IMG/VR virus record: IMGVR_UViG_3300028128_000005
Coordinates: 1-36,059 of that record
Strand: one strand, 5' to 3'
DNA length: 36,059 nucleotides
From: a virus
Lineage: Duplodnaviria > Caudoviricetes
Positions within the stretch are counted from its first letter, which is position 1; each line of letters starts with the position of its first letter. Made by a program: the position numbers and the translations under genes. The notes below the pieces were generated by a model. That model saw nothing but the letters and a program-made list of their open reading frames with translations. It made no database searches and was not told the DNA's origin. Below, in pieces: positions 7,637 to 16,495 of the stretch.

Positions 7637-8791
7637 ATGGCTAATTGCGAAATATCTCCAATATCAGGGTTCCAAAGTACCAATCTTAATAATAGAATTG
7701 ACAGTTTTAGTAGATTAGGTGATAGAGTATTACGTACTCTCGGGTATCCATTTATCAATGTTGAAGTACATAAAGACCAGCTTTATGAAAATATAAGTAT
7801 CGCATGCGAATATTTTACAAAATTTGCTGGATACACAAAAGAGTATCTTATATTTGATAGTGCAATGTATAAGAGAAATTATGGTATAAGATTAGATGAG
7901 TTATTTACTCTGCAGAATAGTGATACATTTAAAGAGCAAAAAGATTTAAGAACTAGAAATCCAGATTTTACAAAACTAGTAGAAGATAATACAGTTTACA
8001 TTTCTACTAGTGGTGCACCTGGTTCATTATTTACAGGTATATCTTCTTTATCTTCAGCTTTATTAAGTGGTATAGATGCATATGATATTTTTACACCTGA
8101 TTTTTATACTAATATTATCACCGAAGTTCCGACAATTAGCTCAATTTTTAAAACAAAAGTTCAAGATAAATTTACCGTTGAAGGTTCTGATAACGGTAAT
8201 AATGGTCAATTTATCAATAGTTTCGATTACGATGTAATGGATTATAGAAAAGTTGTGGCTATGACAGACTTTGAAGAAGGTTCATCTACTGGTATTAATA
8301 CATTGTTTACTATTGAACAAACGATGGCTCAACAAACTTATTTTAGTTATGCAATGGGTAATTACGGCTTTGATTTGGTTAGTTGGTATGCTATGAAAGA
8401 TTGGATGGAAACGAGAGAAAAATTATTAGCTACCAGACGATCATATACATTTGATGAAAGAACACAAATTATGAGAATGTACCCTCAACCTAATGCTGGT
8501 AATAGTGATATAAGATTTTACGGTGTCATTGCATGCTACGTAGAAAGACCTATTAGAGATATTATTAAAGAATTATGGGTATATCAATATACATTAGCTC
8601 TTACAAAGATGGTAGTTGCTAATATAAGAGGTAAATATGGTAGTGTATCTCTTTTTGGCGGGGGTAGTGTAAACGCTACAGATTTGATGACACAGGGTTT
8701 AGCTGAAAAGCAAGCATTAGAAGAGCAACTACTTACAGGGGCTGCACCAGGTCAAGGAGATGCAGACCCTGCTATGTTCTTTGTTGGTTAA
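7637..8791 (+). CDS. gp13: T4 gp13-like neck protein
   Basis: LRTLGYPFINVEV, WVYQYTLALTK, GKYGSVSLFGGG; ATG 7637 is 6 nt after ATTAAATA. Confidence 0.85.
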   Translation: MANCEISPISGFQSTNLNNRIDSFSRLGDRVLRTLGYPFINVEVHKDQLYENISIACEYFTKFAGYTKEYLIFDSAMYKRNYGIRLDELFTLQNSDTFKEQKDLRTRNPDFTKLVEDNTVYISTSGAPGSLFTGISSLSSALLSGIDAYDIFTPDFYTNIITEVPTISSIFKTKVQDKFTVEGSDNGNNGQFINSFDYDVMDYRKVVAMTDFEEGSSTGINTLFTIEQTMAQQTYFSYAMGNYGFDLVSWYAMKDWMETREKLLATRRSYTFDERTQIMRMYPQPNAGNSDIRFYGVIACYVERPIRDIIKELWVYQYTLALTKMVVANIRGKYGSVSLFGGGSVNATDLMTQGLAEKQALEEQLLTGAAPGQGDADPAMFFVG

Positions 8792-9312
8792 TCGGTAGCT
8801 TGAAATATTTCAATTAGCTTTTGAATAATACCACTTGCATCGTTTATACTTAAAACTTCTTTAACTGTAGTTATTTGTATATCTGCTTCCGGTTCAGATT
8901 CATAATCACCGTATACATCCTCTTCATCAGTTACTGATAGATCAACTGCATCAGTACTATTATCTACTACAGGTGTATCATATGATACTTGATTTATACT
9001 ACCTGCATCTGTTAATATATTTTCTAAAAGTTGTTTTGTATGTTCTTGTTCTTTACTTCTACCAACAAAATCAATTATCTCACTTTGAGTAAATAAACCT
9101 TTTAAACTTGTTATTGGATTATCATAAGATGCATAACATAGATGAGCTAGATATTTAACTGTTACATCTGCAGTATCTTTAATGAGATAATATGCACCTT
9201 TTTTGTTTATAGTAACACCGGTATCAGGATTTTCATACGCCACTTTAGCTGGTCTCATTAGATTTTTTTGTCTAATGCTTGAATTAGTTATTATCTTTTC
9301 TTCAAATATCAT
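8788..9312 (-). CDS. Hypothetical late protein (start moved to MIFEEK)
   Basis: TATAAATA on minus strand (9318-9325), 5 nt, ATG. Confidence 0.7.
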   Translation of the reverse strand: MIFEEKIITNSSIRQKNLMRPAKVAYENPDTGVTINKKGAYYLIKDTADVTVKYLAHLCYASYDNPITSLKGLFTQSEIIDFVGRSKEQEHTKQLLENILTDAGSINQVSYDTPVVDNSTDAVDLSVTDEEDVYGDYESEPEADIQITTVKEVLSINDASGIIQKLIEIFQATD

Positions 9313-9327
9313 AATTATATTTATAGT

Positions 9328-9780
9328 ATGAAAAAGGATAAAAGGTATAGACAAGGTATATTCAAACCTAATAACAATAAAAAATACATAGGTAAAGGAG
9401 ACCCTGTATATAGGTCGAGTTGGGAATTAAAGTTTTTTAGATGGGCAGATTTAAATGAAAATGTATTAGCTTGGGGTAGTGAAAATATTGTAATACCGTA
9501 TTTAAGTCCTATAGATAATAAGGTGCACCGTTATTTTGTCGATAATTTTATAGTTTTCCTGGATAATAAAAATAATAAAAAGAAATTTTTAATAGAAATA
9601 AAGCCAAGTAAACAAGTCGAAAAACCATGCAACACCAAAGGTAAAAGAAGGACGACTATATTATATGAACAAAAGACTTGGGTTGTCAATCAAGCTAAAT
9701 GGGTAGCAGCTAAAAAATGGGCAGATAAAAAAGGTTATGAATTTTTAATTTTAACTGAAAAAGAATTAGGTATAAAATAA
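9328..9780 (+). CDS. gp4: Head completion nuclease (TnsA-like PD-(D/E)xK)
   Basis: KYIGKGDPVYRSSWELKF, WGSE, HRYFVD, IEIKP, NQAKW. Confidence 0.92.
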   Translation: MKKDKRYRQGIFKPNNNKKYIGKGDPVYRSSWELKFFRWADLNENVLAWGSENIVIPYLSPIDNKVHRYFVDNFIVFLDNKNNKKKFLIEIKPSKQVEKPCNTKGKRRTTILYEQKTWVVNQAKWVAAKKWADKKGYEFLILTEKELGIK

Positions 9781-9822
9781 AAAATAGTAGTAAATAGTTC
9801 CTACTAGTATAAATAATATTAC

Positions 9823-10491
9823 ATGAGTTTAAATCTTATAGTTGAATCACCTGCACCGAAAGAAGAATTTGAATATATCGTCGAAGAAGGTAATTCAAAA
9901 GGCTCTCAAAATTTCTTTATTAAAGGTCCATATATGATGGCGGAAGATGTTAATAGGAATAAAAGAATTTATTCTCTTAACGAAATGCAAACAGAAATTA
10001 AACGGTACGAAGATACGATGGTAAATACCGGTAGAGCAATGGGTGAGTTAAATCACCCAACTACAGCTGATGTTGATCTAGAAAGAGCATGCCACTTAGT
10101 TACAGAAATGACGCAAGATGGTAATGTATTTTACGGTAAGAGTAAAGTTCTTTCTACACCAACAGGTTTAATTGTCAGGTCACTTATTAATGATGGTGTA
10201 AGAGTCGGTATGAGCTCTAGAGCTTTAGGTCAGTTAATACCAGAATCAGGCCAAGATGGTGTTAGCCGTGTTCAAGACTTTAAATTAGTAGCTATTGATT
10301 GTGTAGCTGATCCATCGTTTCCGAAAGCTTTTGTAAATGGCATTTTAGAGAGTAAGCAATACGTTGTTAATGCATATGGTCAGTTCGAAGAAGCTTATGA
10401 TATTTTTGAGAAAAACATATCAACAATGCCTTTAAAAAATAAAGATGCATTTCTTAAAGAAAACATTATTAAATTCCTAAGAACGTTATAA
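9823..10491 (+). CDS. gp21: Prohead core protease
   Basis: NRNKRIY, GELNHP, GMSSRALG, DCVADPSFPKAFVNGILE. Confidence 0.95.
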   Translation: MSLNLIVESPAPKEEFEYIVEEGNSKGSQNFFIKGPYMMAEDVNRNKRIYSLNEMQTEIKRYEDTMVNTGRAMGELNHPTTADVDLERACHLVTEMTQDGNVFYGKSKVLSTPTGLIVRSLINDGVRVGMSSRALGQLIPESGQDGVSRVQDFKLVAIDCVADPSFPKAFVNGILESKQYVVNAYGQFEEAYDIFEKNISTMPLKNKDAFLKENIIKFLRTL

Positions 10492-10500
10492 ATAATTAAT

Positions 10501-10653
10501 ATGTTAGATGTAAAGACAGATATTAGGAAATTTATCGGTAATGTCATGAACAAAGATTACCAGAATGCAAGTAATAATTTATCTGAGGTAATTGATCAGA
10601 AAATTAAGCAGCAAATCATAAATAATAATATAAATATTTTTAACCATGAGTAA
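10501..10653 (+). CDS. 50-aa gp67-like prohead core protein missing from the ORF track
   Basis: MLDVKTDIRKFIGNVMNKDYQNASNNLSEVIDQKIKQQI...; TATAAATA 10487-10494, 6 nt, ATG; located in the head cluster. Confidence 0.6.
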   Translation: MLDVKTDIRKFIGNVMNKDYQNASNNLSEVIDQKIKQQIINNNINIFNHE

Positions 10654-11506
10654 TATTAAAACAATTCTAAAAGAAGCAACCGGCGGAGCACTTAACGATG
10701 AAGTGTTATCTGAAATTGAAAACGTCTTTGAACAAAAAGTCAATGATAAGGTTGAGCTTCATGTTGAACAAGCATTAAATGATCAAGATGAATTATATTC
10801 TGAAAAGCTTGAAGAATTGATTGTTCATATCGATAATGATCATAGTGCTAAATTAAAGACAGTGGTTGAAGCGGTAGATGCTGATAGAGCTAATAAGCTT
10901 AAAGCAGTTATTCGTAAGTATGAAACAACATTAACAGAAGATGCTAATGACTTTAAGGAAAGCTTAGTAGAAAGCATTTCTGATTACATCGACGTTTATA
11001 TCGATGAAAAAATCCCAACTGCTAGCATTCAAGAAGCAGTTAAAAATACCAAAGCTAAGAAGGTATTAGAAAATTTAAGATCACACCTTGCAGTTGATAG
11101 CGCTCTTGAAAAAGAAAGCGTTAAAGATGCAGTGTTAGATGGTCATAACCAAATCAATGAAGCTTCTAAGAAGCTTGAGTCTGTTCTTAAAGAGAACGCC
11201 GCAGTAAAGAAAGAATTAGATGCAGTTAAATCTGAGTTTATTCTAGAAAATAAGGCAGCGCAACTCGATGAAAGAGCTAAAAAGTATGTCAAGAAGGTAC
11301 TATCCGGTAAGGGTGCAGAGTTTATCTCTGAGAACTTCGACTATACTGTTAAGCTTTTCAAGAAAAAGGAAGAGAGCAGGCTCGAGACTCTAAAAGAAGA
11401 GGCTTATAGTACAACGGAGAAAGTAGATCGTGTTATACATGAAAGTGCACCGGTTCAAAGTGCATCTAATGACTCACCTTATCTTCAAGAACTTTCAAAG
11501 TACTAA
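10646..11506 (+). CDS. gp22: Prohead core scaffolding protein
   Basis: Acidic coiled-coil protein directly upstream of gp23; many L/I-x-E sites. Confidence 0.85.
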   Translation: MSNIKTILKEATGGALNDEVLSEIENVFEQKVNDKVELHVEQALNDQDELYSEKLEELIVHIDNDHSAKLKTVVEAVDADRANKLKAVIRKYETTLTEDANDFKESLVESISDYIDVYIDEKIPTASIQEAVKNTKAKKVLENLRSHLAVDSALEKESVKDAVLDGHNQINEASKKLESVLKENAAVKKELDAVKSEFILENKAAQLDERAKKYVKKVLSGKGAEFISENFDYTVKLFKKKEESRLETLKEEAYSTTEKVDRVIHESAPVQSASNDSPYLQELSKY

Positions 11507-11589
11507 GAATTTCCTACATTGTTTAGGCATTCCTGAGTTTCCTGGTTTACGTAAAAACCTTGGGGTCGATATAAAGGAAAAAATCTATT

Positions 11590-13065
11590 ATGAATACAAA
11601 TACAATTAGACCTTCACAGGCATATATTGATGAATCAAGAGCTTCGTCTCTTTTAGAAAAGTGGGCTCCAGTTCTGGACTACACATCTAAGAGTGTTGCA
11701 GCAATTGAAGACAGTCACACTCGTTTGAATACAGCAATGTTATTGGAAAACCAAGAAGCATGGTGCATTCAAGAGGGTAACACATCAGGCACTGGCGGTG
11801 CTTTCGGTAACGGTGGTTCTATCGGAGTTGGCGGCAACGCTTCCGGTACACCTGGAACTGACAGCTATGCTACTAATGATGCTCGTCTTCCAAAAATCTT
11901 GATTCCAATGATTAGACGTACTTTTCCCGAGTTAATTACAAATGAAATCGTAGGTGTCCAGCCTATGGCAGGTCCAGTTGGTCTTGCTTTCGCACTTCGT
12001 TATAAGTATTCAGGCCAAGTTCTGGGTAACGGTATTGACAACAATACCGCTCCTACTCCGAGCGTACCTGGTACTATCTCTTCACTAGCTAATAGTGGAA
12101 GCGGAACCGAAGCTGGATACCAAGAGCTATACACAGCCTACACTGGTACATCTGCTAACTACTTAAGTGGTGATGAAAGTACAGAGTTTGGTGCATTCAG
12201 CGAAGCTGATAGAGGTGTCGCAAGACTCCTTCAAAACTTCGAGCTCACAGGTGATATTCCAACTATGGAAGTATCCTTTGAGAAGACTGCAGTTGAAGCC
12301 GGTACACGTCGCTTAGGCGCACGTTGGTCGGTAGAGCTTGAACAAGATCTCAAAAACATGAATGGTATCGACATCGATACTGAATTGACAAACGCTATGT
12401 CGTATGAAATTCAGGCCGAAATCGACCGTGAAATGCTTATGAGAATGGTTCAAGTTTCTCTCAACGCTGGTAAAGGTGTTGGTTACTCAGTTTGGGCTCC
12501 ACAGTCCGCTGATGGCCGATGGTTAGTAGAGCGTAACCGTGATTTCTACCAAAGATTAATCATTGAAGCAAATCGAATTGCTGTTCGTAACCGTAGAGGT
12601 GCTGCAAACTTTATAGTTTGTACTCCACGTGTTGCTGCAATTCTTGAAATGCTTCCTGAATTCCAATGGGCACCAGTACAAGGTAGTGTTAATACACAAC
12701 CTGTCGGTGTTGCAAAAATTGGTAATCTTGGTGGACGTTTCAACGTTTATCGTGACACACGTACAGAAGGTCAGGCACTTAAGAATGACCTTTCTGGCGG
12801 TGCAGCGATCAACAGTACTGTTGAATACGCACTTCTTGGTTATAAGGGTCCAGAGTTTTACGACACTGGTCTTATCTATTGCCCATACATCCCAGTTATG
12901 GTTCAGAGAACAATTGGACCGAATGACTTCGCGCCACGTGTAGGCTTGCTTACACGTTATGGTGTCGTAGACAATATCTTCGGTGCTAATCTCTACTATC
13001 ACGTTATCATTGTAACCGGACTCGGACAAGCATTCACTCCTGCTACGCAGAGTGTTTACTTCTAA
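11590..13065 (+). CDS. gp23: Major capsid protein
   Basis: LLEKWAPVL, VGVQPMAGPVGLAFALRY, WSVELEQDLK, IYCPYIP, TRYG. Confidence 0.97.
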   Translation: MNTNTIRPSQAYIDESRASSLLEKWAPVLDYTSKSVAAIEDSHTRLNTAMLLENQEAWCIQEGNTSGTGGAFGNGGSIGVGGNASGTPGTDSYATNDARLPKILIPMIRRTFPELITNEIVGVQPMAGPVGLAFALRYKYSGQVLGNGIDNNTAPTPSVPGTISSLANSGSGTEAGYQELYTAYTGTSANYLSGDESTEFGAFSEADRGVARLLQNFELTGDIPTMEVSFEKTAVEAGTRRLGARWSVELEQDLKNMNGIDIDTELTNAMSYEIQAEIDREMLMRMVQVSLNAGKGVGYSVWAPQSADGRWLVERNRDFYQRLIIEANRIAVRNRRGAANFIVCTPRVAAILEMLPEFQWAPVQGSVNTQPVGVAKIGNLGGRFNVYRDTRTEGQALKNDLSGGAAINSTVEYALLGYKGPEFYDTGLIYCPYIPVMVQRTIGPNDFAPRVGLLTRYGVVDNIFGANLYYHVIIVTGLGQAFTPATQSVYF

Positions 13066-13114
13066 GCCGAATTAAACGCGGATTAATCCGCTATCTGGTT
13101 AACAGATATAGTTT

Positions 13115-13151
13115 GAGACCTAGTTCATTAATTTGAGCTAGGTCTCTTTTT
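13115..13151 (+). terminator. Rho-independent terminator of the head operon
   Basis: GAGACCTAGTTCA-TTAATT-TGAGCTAGGTCTC followed by TTTTT. Confidence 0.85.
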
Positions 13152-13160
13152 GTGCGCATT

Positions 13161-13188
13161 AAAAAGCCGATAACTTTCGCTATCGGCT
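13161..13188 (-). terminator. Rho-independent terminator of the queF operon
   Basis: AGCCGATA-N8-TATCGGCT with an A-run on the left (U-tail on minus strand). Confidence 0.75.
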
Positions 13189-13194
13189 CTTATA

Positions 13195-14124
13195 TTACTG
13201 CTTACTCGTTTTGATATGTATCATCCCAGGATCAACAAGCGGCTTAGCAAACCGTTCAATTAGATCATTGCTTGATGCTCTAACTGGGTTAATATCAATA
13301 CCACCTCGTCGCGCATATAGACACATTACTAAGAGTTCGCTCGGTTCGAACGCATCTTGTAAACGTTTATATATACACTCGCAAATTTCTTCATGGAAGT
13401 GACATTCATCTCTAAATGATATAACATATTTCAATATACTATGAGCATCGATAGCATTCTTTGATTTAATATGAATGAATACATCCCCCCAATCTGGCTG
13501 AGAAGTAACACGACAGTTACTCTTAAGTAAACCAGAATAGAACTTCTGCTCTACTTCATTCTCTCGACTAACTGCTTCTAATAAACTTGGATCTTCAGTA
13601 TACTGAGTATATTCAAGCTCGCTAGAATCCTCTAAGAGATCAACATTTAAATAATGCTCAATATCCCATTCATTATCTGGACTATTAAACTTTTTATTTA
13701 CTCGTACACCACTATGAAATGATACCTTAACATCAGTCTGAAGTAATTCACTTAAGTCTCTAGCAGAAATTTCTTCGAAGTTCTTAACTGCTTTATCATT
13801 ACCATCTCCCATTTTAGTCATATTAAAAGAGTTAAAGTATAGTTTAATACTCTTACTCTCGACAATATACTTACTACTGCATGGGTATACACATTTAACT
13901 ACACCTGTTACAGGTCGACCATTCTTTAAAAGGAATGAGCATTCATATGCATTCCACGTATCTGAACCAACGAATGGTAAAGCATCATCAAAAATATTGA
14001 GATACTCTCTGTTATTACTTCGGGGTTCTCTTACTAGTAGACCTTTATCATACGTACTCTTATATTGAGACGATTGACCAAGATGCTTACTAATATTGCT
14101 GTTATCTAATTTACTGTTTGCCAT
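13195..14124 (-). CDS. queF: NADPH-dependent 7-cyano-7-deazaguanine (preQ0) reductase, bimodular YqcD type
   Basis: DTWNAYECSFL, QueF motif VESKSIKLYFNSF, catalytic KSNCRVTSQPDWG, FHEEICE, YARRGGIDINP. Confidence 0.93.
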   Translation of the reverse strand: MANSKLDNSNISKHLGQSSQYKSTYDKGLLVREPRSNNREYLNIFDDALPFVGSDTWNAYECSFLLKNGRPVTGVVKCVYPCSSKYIVESKSIKLYFNSFNMTKMGDGNDKAVKNFEEISARDLSELLQTDVKVSFHSGVRVNKKFNSPDNEWDIEHYLNVDLLEDSSELEYTQYTEDPSLLEAVSRENEVEQKFYSGLLKSNCRVTSQPDWGDVFIHIKSKNAIDAHSILKYVISFRDECHFHEEICECIYKRLQDAFEPSELLVMCLYARRGGIDINPVRASSNDLIERFAKPLVDPGMIHIKTSKQ

Positions 14125-14662
14125 AATTATCAAATGTATTATATATTGTTTCTAACCGTTGTTCAACTGTACCACTTAACCTTACTACATCTATTTTAAA
14201 ATGATTGATTGCCTCTTCAAAAAGGTTAATGATAGTATCACGAAACTCTTTATTCGCACTTCTCTCACCGTCATCTACTAAGGGTATGTCAGGTTCTGTA
14301 TAAAGTATAACATCTACATTACCAATCAATTTACTAAAGAGGTATTCACTATAATTATATATCTCAATAGGTATTTTTTTCGTCTGATACTGATACATCG
14401 TATATATCAACCCGTCTAGAATACATCTATCTAATACAACATTTTTACCTTTAAAATCGAGATAATTATATAGATGACTATTTACAGTTAATAATTGAGT
14501 ATATTCATCTCCACTCTCATTAATATCTAACTTATATTTATCTTTTAAACTCCTTGTAATTTCTGGTACGAAATTAAACTTACGAAAGCGTTCATCCAAT
14601 TGAATTGCTTTCAGTAAAGTAGATTTACCTGTACTTTGAGCTCCTGTAAAACTAATAACCAT
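14111..14662 (-). CDS. P-loop kinase/ATPase (AAA_28, NadR or dNMP-kinase-like)
   Basis: GAQSTGKST, DRCILD, DDGER. Confidence 0.8.
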   Translation of the reverse strand: MVISFTGAQSTGKSTLLKAIQLDERFRKFNFVPEITRSLKDKYKLDINESGDEYTQLLTVNSHLYNYLDFKGKNVVLDRCILDGLIYTMYQYQTKKIPIEIYNYSEYLFSKLIGNVDVILYTEPDIPLVDDGERSANKEFRDTIINLFEEAINHFKIDVVRLSGTVEQRLETIYNTFDNYGKQ

Positions 14663-15443
14663 GACCTATAATACTTTTAAATTGATTAACATTGTAATTT
14701 ATATTCTCTTGCTCCGTATCAGTAACTTCATGATCAATTAGATCAGCTAACATAATCGATGGCTTTTCGTTTAATCCTAGATCACCATTATATCTAAGTT
14801 CCTTAATACCTGCAACTACTGGATTAGATGTATCTACAGATCTAATAGATCTATCACCAATATAGCTTTTGAATTCCTTAGCCAAAGAACAACCTAAAAG
14901 GTGATGAGGTTTATTATTATTCCAAATACCATCCGATTTTAATTGGTTAATTAATCTTCGACGACCATCACACCATCTTTCTAATTTAGTCTTACCGATA
15001 CCAGTTACAATATAATAACTAAAATCGAAACTAATCGCGATGTAATCAGCATAGTCTGACATATACCTATAACAATCGACAATCTCATCATATGTCTTAC
15101 CTTGAACTGCTCCGATTTTTAAACCTGGTAAGTCTGGATATTTACCTGTAAATTCAGAAAAACTCTTAATTGTAGCATATCCATCCTCTAATACATCGGG
15201 TACAATATAAAAACTAGGTTTTAATTCTTCAGCATATTTAGCAAACTTTTCTGAATCAAAAGACTCACCGAGCTCGAAGATACTATTATCTAGCAATACT
15301 TGACGACCTAATTTAATAGAATCTTTAAAAAACTGATAATATTCTGGGTGAGTCTCAAATAGATGAACTAAAGCATAATCGTAATCATTATACGATCGTG
15401 ATTGTTCTAGAAATGATATAGGACTTTCATGTGATACATACAT
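14652..15443 (-). CDS. TGT-fold transglycosylase, DpdA-like (7-deazaguanine exchange)
   Basis: LLDNSIFE, VPDVL, GAVQG, HHLLG, SVDTSNP in TGT/DpdA order; co-operonic with queF. Confidence 0.7.
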   Translation of the reverse strand: MYVSHESPISFLEQSRSYNDYDYALVHLFETHPEYYQFFKDSIKLGRQVLLDNSIFELGESFDSEKFAKYAEELKPSFYIVPDVLEDGYATIKSFSEFTGKYPDLPGLKIGAVQGKTYDEIVDCYRYMSDYADYIAISFDFSYYIVTGIGKTKLERWCDGRRRLINQLKSDGIWNNNKPHHLLGCSLAKEFKSYIGDRSIRSVDTSNPVVAGIKELRYNGDLGLNEKPSIMLADLIDHEVTDTEQENINYNVNQFKSIIGHGY

Positions 15444-15449
15444 ACATTA

Positions 15450-15477
15450 ATTATAGTAGTAAAAACTGAATAGTCAA
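15450..15477 (-). promoter_or_regulatory. Sigma70-type promoter of the dpdA-like operon, leaderless
   Basis: Minus strand TTGACT-16-TATAAT, 6 nt, ATG 15443. Confidence 0.75.
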
Positions 15478-15489
15478 GTAAATATTTAT

Positions 15490-16491
15490 ATGCCGCTCCC
15501 TAAACCAAATTTAGATGAATATACAGAAAAAATTAACAATATTATACCTACTAAAACGTTAGAATTACCTACAACTGTAAAGACATCAGTAATTGGTGAT
15601 ACTATAAGTAATGTTAAAGGTGAATTAAAAGATAAAGTTTGTGGAGCAGTTGATTTAGTCTCAGATATAAAATCTGGTCTATCGAGTTTAGCTACAGACG
15701 TTAAAGATATAGATGTCGGTGCTTATATTAATTCTGGAGTTGATGCAGTAAAAGGTAAATTAAATGAAGCTAAGAACTTATTTACATCTGCTAGTGCAGA
15801 ATTACAAAAAGGTGCAGCAAGTATTAAAGATGAAATTAAAAATAGTTTAAACGCTTTAGAAGATGAAATTGTACAGCAGGTAGAGAGTGCTAAATTAGCA
15901 GCTGCTGGTCTAAAAGATACCGTAAAAGATATAGGTAATATGAGTAATAAGCTTGTTAAGAATTTAACTACAGTACCTGATATAAAGCTAGGTATACCAA
16001 ATTTTAAAGGTAATTTTTGCGATGAAAAAACTGCTGAAGCTGCAGCAGGTGTTGAAGCTGCAGCACAAGCTGAAATCCCCGTAGCAGAAGTAACGAAGAG
16101 TCAAACGAAATCTTTATCCAGAGTATCTAGTTTAGCTGGTCCTATGACGGAAGAAGAAGAAGCAGCATATTTCGCTGGTCAAGCAATTATACCTACTAGG
16201 TTTATAGCGACTATAATGAAAATAGATGACTATTACGATTTTTCTCCATATGGAATGTCTAACTATTTTGCTATACAAGAATTTGCAAAAAAAGAAGCTG
16301 CAGCAGGTTACCCGGAATGGGTCGGTGATAACGGTACAAACATTACTACTTATTTTGAACAAAAAGCATATTATATGGATGTAGCTAAATCAAGATTACC
16401 AAACCCTAGCACTGTCAGTGCAATTACTTTACTAGCTCAACAAATATTTGAAGAACGTTTCGGAAACATAACCGATAGAAAATGGATATAA
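15490..16491 (+). CDS. Hypothetical late protein with amphipathic helical N-terminal half
   Basis: GTAAATA box 5 nt before ATG; directly upstream of the gp5-like gene. Confidence 0.75.
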   Translation: MPLPKPNLDEYTEKINNIIPTKTLELPTTVKTSVIGDTISNVKGELKDKVCGAVDLVSDIKSGLSSLATDVKDIDVGAYINSGVDAVKGKLNEAKNLFTSASAELQKGAASIKDEIKNSLNALEDEIVQQVESAKLAAAGLKDTVKDIGNMSNKLVKNLTTVPDIKLGIPNFKGNFCDEKTAEAAAGVEAAAQAEIPVAEVTKSQTKSLSRVSSLAGPMTEEEEAAYFAGQAIIPTRFIATIMKIDDYYDFSPYGMSNYFAIQEFAKKEAAAGYPEWVGDNGTNITTYFEQKAYYMDVAKSRLPNPSTVSAITLLAQQIFEERFGNITDRKWI

Positions 16492-16495
16492 TATA

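Noticed and set aside
12546-13029. Alternative ORFs inside gp23 (similar ones inside gp20, gp5, groEL, nrdAB, glf)
   Set aside because: Fully nested in conserved genes and without recognisable motifs
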